Of a DNA stretch of 31,324 nucleotides, positions 1 to 7,222 are shown piece after piece (the first letter of the stretch is position 1; each line of letters begins with the position of its first letter). The stretch is from an uncultured bacterium (GTDB taxonomy: Bacteria; Electryoneota; JAOADG01), in contig CAZPUW010000001.1 of NCBI GenBank assembly GCA_964589795.1, forward strand, positions 1 through 31,324, written 5' to 3'. Position numbers and translations under genes: made by a program. The notes beneath the pieces were generated by a model. The model searched no databases, was not told the origin of the DNA, and saw only the letters and a list, made by a program, of their open reading frames with translations.

Positions 1-45
1 CATAACAAACAAACTTAACAATAAAACTCGAAGACGTAACATCAT
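1..45 (-). CDS. 5' end of a probable secreted protein running off the left edge (MMLRLRVLLLSLFVM...); not in the ORF track
   Basis: Minus strand reads GGGAGG-TT-ATG ATG (RBS 48-53, ATG at 45-43 and 42-40). The frame is open to base 1. Translation is a basic n-region followed by a hydrophobic h-region, typical of a Sec signal peptide. Confidence 0.7.
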   Translation of the reverse strand, partial: MMLRLRVLLLSLFVM

Positions 46-285
46 AACCTCCCGGTGAATGTGGGTAATAGGTTAAAACTGGTTAATAACGGGATAGTGG
101 ATATTCTGGATACAAAGCGGTAAAACTTGTTGTTTCAGGGTTGCAAAAAACAAGCAACAAATCCACAAAACGTGGTATTCGTTGTTCTGGGAAAGGAGAT
201 GAAGTAAAAAATCTAATCCGTGCGAACAAAGTACCCTCGATTGAATAAAAATCTCGCACATTATTTAAAAGATTGTGGTACCAAT

Positions 286-314
286 ATTATACATCATGTA
301 ATTGCAAATATCAA
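286..314 (-). promoter_or_regulatory. sigma70-type promoter TTGATA-N17-TATAAT for the left-edge gene
   Basis: Plus strand tatcaa (309-314) and attata (286-291) with a 17-bp spacer; located just downstream of the terminator of the 771-aa gene. Confidence 0.65.
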
Positions 315-342
315 CTTAAAAAAGTATTTTGCGATTTTTTCT

Positions 343-378
343 AAAAACAATAGCCCCCATCCGTTCCGAATGGGGGCT
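343..378 (-). terminator. intrinsic terminator of the 771-aa gene
   Basis: Stem AGCCCCCAT (352-360) / ATGGGGGCT (370-378), followed on the minus strand by ATTGTTTTT; 21 bp past the stop codon at 400. Confidence 0.8.
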
Positions 379-399
379 GCGTTGGTAGTCAATACGTCC

Positions 400-2715
400 T
401 TACTTGATAAGCGTCATTTTACGAATTGCGGAATAGTTGTCAGTTTCCAACCGGTAGAAGTATACACCGGACGGAAGCTTAGAACCGTTAAATGTTGCTT
501 TATAGTTTCCAGCCGAAAGCATACCTTCGTATAAGTTGGCGACTACCGTTCCGGTTATGTCGACTACTGTCAGACGAACATGACTGGCTTCGGGAACCGA
601 GTACCGAATTTCTGTTTCGGGATTGAACGGATTTGGAAAGTTTTGTTCCAATTCATAATGAGTTGGCACATTCCCGGCACTCGTCGCTCGCGGTGTCGCG
701 GAAAGAATAATTGGATGAATCCGTTCCAAACCGTCGGAACCTACATCCGCTAACCGGTAGTAATAAGTTGTACCGTTGATCACATGGCGGTCGGTATACT
801 GATATGTATGTTGGGTCGCGGAATTTTCTTGACCGGGAACTACTGCAACAATTTCACCATTTACGTCTTGTGTCGTGGAACGATACAATCTGAAAAAGGA
901 ATTATTGGTTTCAGTTTCCGTTCTCCATTGTACGGATACCGACCCATCGCTTGCATAAGCAGTGAATGAGCTTAATTCAACCGGTAGAACATTATCGTTT
1001 CCGATTCCCCATACCGAGAAATGCGTCAAACCATCGATGGCATAACTATAAAGACCGTTTCCGTCCGGCCCCATGATACCATCCACCGGTCGCCACGTTG
1101 CGCCGTTATCGCCGGAATAAACCGCATACAACCGCGGGCTGGCAGTTATCGGATTCGGAATGCCGACTGGTAAATCGGCAGCGGTAAAATAAAGAGTTAA
1201 CGTCGCATTCGTGAAGTTTTCCGAACTCGGGATAATCGTCCAGAACTTATGAATCAAATTGGTTGCCGGGATAACTCCGGTAATACCCGTAGGTGTGACT
1301 ACAGTATGCGCAACTGATATCGAAGCCGGGTTTGAGTGGGCGCCGTTTTGTGCCGGGAACGTTATCCCAACTGGTGGTTGGTTATTCGTAGTCGGGTCGT
1401 TCGGAATTGGTGGTGTCCACGAATTTTGTGGTGGATTAGGGTTGTTGATTGGATTTGTACCGTATTCGTCGCCGCTACCTGATAGATTAATAGTGTAGGT
1501 CGGGTTGCTCGCGTCCAAACTCGTGATGGTCAACGTCGCATTGCGGGTACCGACACCTGACGGATTAAATCGGACGGTGAATGTTTGGTTCATGGCATTT
1601 GAACCATCATAACCGCCTATCGAAGTTGGGTTACCACCGACATAAGTGAAATCGGAAGCATTCGCACCCGAGATTGAAGAAACTGTAAGCGATGAAGAAC
1701 CCGGCCCGTTATTGGAGATGGTGAAAACAACGTCGGCATGAGCGCCACTTACGTTGACATGACCAAAGTCCTTGGTACCACCACTGGCGATAGAACCACC
1801 GGCTGATACATTGAGCGCAGTTGCAAAATCCGCAGCACCCATTGCCACCGCCGTAGCACCACCGCTTTGATTGACGGTGCTTGCACCACTTGGCCAAATA
1901 CCATTGGCATCGACAAACGAACGAACCAAGCTTCCACTCGCACGCGAACGAATTTCGATTCGACGAATGCCTGTTGCATTGTTACTAAGCATGATGGTAC
2001 CGAATGCACCAGCCACACCATCCACATTTGACACATAATAAGGCGCAAAACTTGCTGTCTCCGCAAATCCATCGCTTTCGATAAATCCTGAACTTATCGG
2101 ACGTCCGGTACCACTCACGTTATCGTAAAGGAGAACCATATCCTTCGGATTTGCACCCGGAATGACACCCCGAAGACCAGTAATCAAATTGCTGGCACCG
2201 GTAAAGTTTTCAACCGTTAATGTATTGGTAGTCGTTAACCGCGTAACTACAGAACCACCACCCGCTCCGTCATTGAGCAATATGCGCATGTTAAGGGTAA
2301 TACCAGGAATAAAACGCGTTGCATTTGCTGTCGGTTCAGTTATTAGCCATAGTGTGGCTGAACCGGTGGCATCGGTCGTAAAAGTGGAATAGGCACCGGC
2401 TGTTGATACCGATTGCGTCGAGGAATGAGTAAACGGATCGGAAGTTGCATAAATCATATTTCCAGCACCGTTTGAAGTTGCGTTGTCAGTTGAAATGATT
2501 ACCGCATTAAAGAATCTATAACTCGCATTGGCGGTTAGACCAGTTAATGCCACCCTGTACACATACGGTATACGAGTTGTATTTGTAGTGTTTAATCCTT
2601 GAATATATTGCGGAACAAATACGTCGGTGAGAGTTGCTGCTATTGTTGTCGACGCCAAGGCCCATAACAACAATACAGTCATCGTTGAGAAAACGTACGG
2701 TAACGAACGTTTCAT
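400..2715 (-). CDS. 771-aa secreted T9SS cargo: signal peptide, unknown N-terminal beta-rich domain, choice-of-anchor-D/ASH-like Ig domain, Pro/Asn linker, HFS-motif domain, LPVELSSF-FN3-like domain, T9SS type A C-terminal sorting domain
   Basis: AGGAG RBS; signal peptide MKRSLPYVFSTMTVLLLWALASTTIA; Ig motif 'KDFGHVNV...FTISNNG...FTVRFNPSGVGTRNATLTITS...YTINLSGSG'; 'VLPVELSSFTA...VQWRTETETNNSFFRLYRS...YQYTD...YYYRLADV'; tail 'LEQNFPNPFNPETEIRYSVP...LPSGVYFYRL...RKMTLIK'. Confidence 0.85.
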   Translation of the reverse strand: MKRSLPYVFSTMTVLLLWALASTTIAATLTDVFVPQYIQGLNTTNTTRIPYVYRVALTGLTANASYRFFNAVIISTDNATSNGAGNMIYATSDPFTHSSTQSVSTAGAYSTFTTDATGSATLWLITEPTANATRFIPGITLNMRILLNDGAGGGSVVTRLTTTNTLTVENFTGASNLITGLRGVIPGANPKDMVLLYDNVSGTGRPISSGFIESDGFAETASFAPYYVSNVDGVAGAFGTIMLSNNATGIRRIEIRSRASGSLVRSFVDANGIWPSGASTVNQSGGATAVAMGAADFATALNVSAGGSIASGGTKDFGHVNVSGAHADVVFTISNNGPGSSSLTVSSISGANASDFTYVGGNPTSIGGYDGSNAMNQTFTVRFNPSGVGTRNATLTITSLDASNPTYTINLSGSGDEYGTNPINNPNPPQNSWTPPIPNDPTTNNQPPVGITFPAQNGAHSNPASISVAHTVVTPTGITGVIPATNLIHKFWTIIPSSENFTNATLTLYFTAADLPVGIPNPITASPRLYAVYSGDNGATWRPVDGIMGPDGNGLYSYAIDGLTHFSVWGIGNDNVLPVELSSFTAYASDGSVSVQWRTETETNNSFFRLYRSTTQDVNGEIVAVVPGQENSATQHTYQYTDRHVINGTTYYYRLADVGSDGLERIHPIILSATPRATSAGNVPTHYELEQNFPNPFNPETEIRYSVPEASHVRLTVVDITGTVVANLYEGMLSAGNYKATFNGSKLPSGVYFYRLETDNYSAIRKMTLIK

Positions 2716-3217
2716 TTTTCACTCCTGTGTAAAAGATTCGATTTCAGATTTGTACAAAGTTATAAAAACAATCGTTAGAATTTATTAAGATTTTGCAAAA
2801 CTCGATTTGTTGACGTTCGCTTTATACAAAGATAAATCGCCAATGAAAAGAGTAATGAGTAGAAATAAGTGCTTACCGCACAAATGAATCATCAATAATC
2901 GAAAGCAAATGCAGAAAAGTTATCCCGGTTGGTCTGTTGGTAAAGTAAGGATTGAAGTGTTGTGCTTCCAACTAACCTGTCTGAAAAGTTCGACCAATTA
3001 GAGTTGCGTCCGACAAGATTGGCTCTGCGAGGAAAAGAGTCTCGTTGAGCAGAGATCTGTTGTTACTAATTAGTAAAAAGGTTTTTCTGTGTTACCAAAC
3101 AACTTCTATATTTCACAACTGATAGATAGCATATTTCATTTCTAATTGCGTTCGAACCTTATTCTGTAGTTTCTCTTCTATCGAATAAATAAACCAACAC
3201 ATAGTAACAGAGTTTTC

Positions 3218-6088
3218 TCAACGATTCGAGGTCGTGCCCGTCGAGTTAAATGAAACGACCCGGTAATAGAAATGTCCCGTGACACTTATATCGTGGTATT
3301 CAAGTATTGCCGGGTCATTTATTGTACTTATTAAACGTTCCGGGTTTGTTTCAAATAATCCACTATTCGAATCTCGGTACACTTCGTAACCCGATACGGA
3401 ACCACTTGGTCGCGACCAGTAAATCGTTACATCAGTAGTATCACCGTATTGAGTCCGCTTCACGTATTCGAGGGAAATGACCGGTTCACTCGGAGGTGTC
3501 GGCGCCACATAACAGAAATCTCCCTCATCCGCACCGATATCCGGAACAATCATATTTCGAGCATCGTTATCGATATCATTGTTGATATAGGGTAAAGGGA
3601 TCCCAGCACTTTCGACTATCGGTAAATCCTGATTATTGCAAATATGGGGATTAGACGGAAATGTCATACATACGAAATGTGGATCCCCGCTAACCGAAAA
3701 GTCATCAAGGTTCGATGCGGATTGTTGCCAAACATCGATTGTTGTTTTATATCCATTGTAAAATCCTACATAACCGCCATCATTTAGTGTAGGAATATCG
3801 AAGCAGTTATGATTCGATACCAAAGTCGTACCATTACAATAAATACCTATATGATGGGCAACCGCAGACTGGCTTCCCGTTATGTTCGCAATGATATTGT
3901 TTCTTAACGTGTCATTCCCTGAGCTCAGATAAATAGCGCTTGAAGAACAATTCAAGTTAGCACCGATGCCCTGATCGATTAACACGGTGTTGTTGTCGAA
4001 AGTACAGTCTCCTAAAATATTGTTAATACCAAACACATAATATGTCGAAGTAGCACTACCGGAATTGGAATTCGCCCGAAGATCGTAAATCATGTTATTA
4101 AAATACCGGCATGACGCATTTATCGGATTAAATTGGTAGATAGCGTAAACGCTATTAAATGAAGTTGGATGTGTCGTTGTTAGATTGAAAATCCTACAGT
4201 TATTGACAACCACCGGACCCGCAGGTTGATAATTGTTGATTCCATAAATCGAGTAAACACCCGGACTTGTTGTAATCATTTTCGTAATATCGACATCATG
4301 AATCGACAAGCCATTCAGATTAAAGAGATAAATACCACACGCTGTTCCGGGACCCCCGATTGTATCATTAGGCAACGCCCCGATTGTAAATCGGTTTCTG
4401 TAACCTATACCTCCACTATCGCTACCAACTTCTATATCGGTGTCCTGAAAATCGGTATTACTATTTAAGTAGATTCCGTTTCTGCATAAAGAGATTTTCA
4501 GATTGATATACTTATTGAAACTTTGCGAACCGTCATTAGAAGAGGGGTAAGCATTTGCGTTAAAATTCTGATACATACCATACGTGACAAAATCCTTTCG
4601 TAATTTTATCGACGAGTTTTTAACGGTATTGTACTGCGACCCCTGAGTTGTTGTTGCATTAGTTACCCAGTATCCATACTCAAGATGGTTGCTACCTCTA
4701 CTGGTGTCATTTATATCGATACCATCGAAAGTTACCCACCGGCAACCATTCAGTTTCACCCCTGCACCTTCGGCAGATGTGGTCGAAGGACAAATTGTCA
4801 CTGTTCCACTCGATTTGTGGAACACGACCGGGTTAGAAGAGTTTGTTCCGCGAATGTCATTTACAATAACTTGCTCATTGTATGTATCCGGTAAAACTTC
4901 GAATTCAACACCACCGCTCCCCACTCCCGCTTGCGCCAAAACATTCAATGCCGCCGAAAATGAAATAAAATCCGCGTTTGTTCCACCAATCGTTTTGGTA
5001 CCCGTTAATGGTTGCCATGTGTTAAACAACCACACAGGGCTGGATAACACTTCCGGTTGTGTTCCGTGGGCCACGACTTTCCAATAATACTGTTGATGAT
5101 TGAGCGGTGAGAAGGTAAAAGAGGTGGATGTCTGTTCACTCGCAACTAAAGCGGAAGGATTTGAATTAGTAACATTGTCGATTGTGGTATCAAGATACAC
5201 ATCATAAGAATCAGTACAACTTCCACCTGTCCAACAAAGAGTTAAGGGTGAGGGTAAAAGACTTATTGTGCCGTTCAAAGGGCTGGTAAGTGATAGCAGA
5301 TTACATGGATGAATAAATTCGATTGCACTATATGAATTTGGAGCGTTGGTCGCTGTTGTACTGTATGCCACGCTGTAAACACCACCTGCACTTTGGATGC
5401 CGACGTTACCCGGAAAGTTGGTGCGGATTCCATTTCGAAATCCACGGTACTGAAGCAGTATCCGCCCATCGTCATATAGTACAATTTGAGCGGACAATCG
5501 TTGGCTGCTGGCATTTGCTGCCACCAAACTGTCCACCTCAATAACTAACTTATTCTGTGTTCCCGTTATGAGTTGGTAACGTACCAGCGAAAACGAAAGC
5601 AGTGCATTGTCCTGACCCCAGAAACAGATTGCATCGGGTAATCCGGTAGTTGGCCAAATTCCAACCGAAGGAATGACTGAGCTTCCGGCTTCAAAAGTGA
5701 TGTATCCATTGGTTCCGATATAAAATTGGGAGTGCGTCGTACCATAAAAATCGAAATCGAATCCAATTGAGAACGGCCCGGAATAATCATTGTCTAACGG
5801 ATTGCCCGTCCCGATCCAAGGCGGCCTTGAATTCAAGAGTACAACCGGCGCACTCAATGGAATCCAACTAAATACCGGCCCGTTGCTTTCCGCTTGATCC
5901 TTATAAGTGTATCCGAATTCATCAGGACCACCATTTCGTTCGATAGTTGGAGGAGATGAAAGGTAACCGCGAGGCAGCGAGCTATGATTTGTCGCAAATG
6001 CTGGAGTTACAAGCCACAAGCAGAGAATGATGAGTATCAAAAACGAGTAGGAAGAATTAGGAGTGGTCGTCTGCAAGTTGAAAAGCAC
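3218..6088 (-). CDS. ~956-aa secreted modular protein: NIDO/nidogen-like domain, Ig-like domain, right-handed beta-helix region, C-terminal FN3-like domain; no canonical T9SS tail
   Basis: Long ORF with hydrophobic signal (FLILIILCLWLVTPAFA); 'GGPDEFGY...IGFDFDFYG...FYIGTNGYITF'; 'LTGTKTIGG...DFISFSAAL'; Asn-ladder repeats; 'PDIGADEG'. The track start is GTG at 6088; TTG at 6076, 9 nt after an AAGGTG SD-like stretch, is an equally plausible start. Confidence 0.8.
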   Translation of the reverse strand: MLFNLQTTTPNSSYSFLILIILCLWLVTPAFATNHSSLPRGYLSSPPTIERNGGPDEFGYTYKDQAESNGPVFSWIPLSAPVVLLNSRPPWIGTGNPLDNDYSGPFSIGFDFDFYGTTHSQFYIGTNGYITFEAGSSVIPSVGIWPTTGLPDAICFWGQDNALLSFSLVRYQLITGTQNKLVIEVDSLVAANASSQRLSAQIVLYDDGRILLQYRGFRNGIRTNFPGNVGIQSAGGVYSVAYSTTATNAPNSYSAIEFIHPCNLLSLTSPLNGTISLLPSPLTLCWTGGSCTDSYDVYLDTTIDNVTNSNPSALVASEQTSTSFTFSPLNHQQYYWKVVAHGTQPEVLSSPVWLFNTWQPLTGTKTIGGTNADFISFSAALNVLAQAGVGSGGVEFEVLPDTYNEQVIVNDIRGTNSSNPVVFHKSSGTVTICPSTTSAEGAGVKLNGCRWVTFDGIDINDTSRGSNHLEYGYWVTNATTTQGSQYNTVKNSSIKLRKDFVTYGMYQNFNANAYPSSNDGSQSFNKYINLKISLCRNGIYLNSNTDFQDTDIEVGSDSGGIGYRNRFTIGALPNDTIGGPGTACGIYLFNLNGLSIHDVDITKMITTSPGVYSIYGINNYQPAGPVVVNNCRIFNLTTTHPTSFNSVYAIYQFNPINASCRYFNNMIYDLRANSNSGSATSTYYVFGINNILGDCTFDNNTVLIDQGIGANLNCSSSAIYLSSGNDTLRNNIIANITGSQSAVAHHIGIYCNGTTLVSNHNCFDIPTLNDGGYVGFYNGYKTTIDVWQQSASNLDDFSVSGDPHFVCMTFPSNPHICNNQDLPIVESAGIPLPYINNDIDNDARNMIVPDIGADEGDFCYVAPTPPSEPVISLEYVKRTQYGDTTDVTIYWSRPSGSVSGYEVYRDSNSGLFETNPERLISTINDPAILEYHDISVTGHFYYRVVSFNSTGTTSNR

Positions 6089-6146
6089 CTTTCGCGTTGT
6101 TCGATTAGTACGGTAAAAATAAACAAAACGTCAGGCATTGTCACTT

Positions 6147-6171
6147 ACTTTCTCTAAATTTTAGAGAAAGT
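6147..6171. promoter_or_regulatory. perfect 12-1-12 palindrome in the divergent promoter region (candidate operator)
   Basis: ACTTTCTCTAAA-T-TTTAGAGAAAGT; flanked by TCAC (6141-6144) and GTGA (6172-6175), which extend the symmetry with a 2-nt bulge. Confidence 0.5.
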
Positions 6172-6331
6172 GTGAAAGTTTGAACAACGATCTTGAAAAT
6201 TTAGTTTTATTGTAAATAAACGGGCGAGATATTCGTATAAACGTATACTACTTATATACAAAACGTTAAGCGTAATTTGAAGATAGTGATTCTGTTTCGT
6301 ATTTTGACTTTGGTGAGATTTCGTTCTTTGA

Positions 6332-6349
6332 TTGTGAAGTAGTTCACAC
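6332..6349. promoter_or_regulatory. Rex-type operator (also a perfect CRP-type TGTGA-N6-TCACA core) upstream of hdrC
   Basis: TTGTGAA-gtag-TTCACAC, a 13/14 match to the Rex consensus TTGTGAA-N4-TTCACAA; 228 bp upstream of the hdrC ATG. Confidence 0.6.
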
Positions 6350-6577
6350 ACTCAACTCCCCGATGCAAACCTACACGTTGTAAGGTTTACTTCTGTTTTT
6401 TCAATACAGCATTACCGCAAAATCCGCCTCACTCCAAATTTTCGCGATTTTCGTAATGTTTCAGCGTAATATGCGACCAAAATGTCTTTTCTGGTGGTGT
6501 AGTACGCATGTGTAAACATGTGAACTATTTATCATATTCGTTATTTCAATTACTTAAGTCAAACGCCGACGAAAGGC

Positions 6578-7222
6578 ATGCATAAGATGGAATGGCACGG
6601 TTGGAAAAAAGTTAAGTACCAAGCGGAAGTCGATCCCGAATTTGCCCGGGAAATTGCCGCATTACCGGGTGGAGAGAAACTCTTCTCGTGTATCCAGTGT
6701 GGAAACTGCAGTGCGCTTTGTCCACTCAGTTCTTATATGGAATACTCGCCGAGAAAAATCATCGGTATGGTTCGTGCCGGATTCAAAGGAGAAGTACTGA
6801 CAAGCTATACGACATGGCTGTGTGCGTCTTGTTATGCTTGTACAGTCGAATGCCCCAAAGAAATCAAAATTACTGACATCATGTATGCGGTAAAGCAACG
6901 GGCAATCAAAGAACACGTCTATAAAAAGCGATTCCCGATACCTATTCTTGCCCGTGAGTTTTTTAATCAAGTTCTTCGCTATGGCCGGACAACCGAAGGG
7001 TTGTTGATTATGAAAGCCGTACTAAAAGCCAATCCATTTTCCATGTTCAAATCCGCCGGACTCGGTATCAAACTCTTGCTTCGCGGACGGCTCGGTTTCA
7101 AACCGGAACAAGTCCGGTACAATAAAGGTGGAAAGGGCGACCTGCACACAATCTTGAAAGCAGTCAACGGTGGTTTAGATAAACATGAAATTAAAATCGC
7201 CGAAAAGGGGATCGCATCATGA
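6578..7222 (+). CDS. hdrC: heterodisulfide reductase subunit C (2x[4Fe-4S])
   Basis: CIQCGNCSALCP and WLCASCYACTVECP motifs; 'Y.PRKII.M.R.G'; first gene of an ATGA-coupled operon with hdrB and hdrA. Confidence 0.92.
   Translation: MHKMEWHGWKKVKYQAEVDPEFAREIAALPGGEKLFSCIQCGNCSALCPLSSYMEYSPRKIIGMVRAGFKGEVLTSYTTWLCASCYACTVECPKEIKITDIMYAVKQRAIKEHVYKKRFPIPILAREFFNQVLRYGRTTEGLLIMKAVLKANPFSMFKSAGLGIKLLLRGRLGFKPEQVRYNKGGKGDLHTILKAVNGGLDKHEIKIAEKGIAS

Noticed and set aside
73-534. Track ORFs 73..261 (-) and 220..534 (+)
   Set aside because: No motifs or clear RBS; they overlap a promoter, a terminator and the 3' end of the 771-aa gene, so they are likely spurious.
2753-2834. Two matches to the Bacteroidota -7 promoter element TAnnTTTG on the minus strand
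   Set aside because: No correctly spaced -33 TTTG, and other promoters in the window are sigma70 consensus type with SD sites. Kept only as a repeated 10-mer.
2843-3002. Short plus-strand ORFs (14 aa MKRVMSRNKCLPHK; 30 aa MQKSYPGW...)
   Set aside because: No convincing RBS or recognisable motif; cannot be supported.
2990-3060. GGACGCAA on the minus strand resembling part of a c-di-GMP-I riboswitch
   Set aside because: The GGCAAAC / GNRA-tetraloop P2 / P3 architecture is absent.
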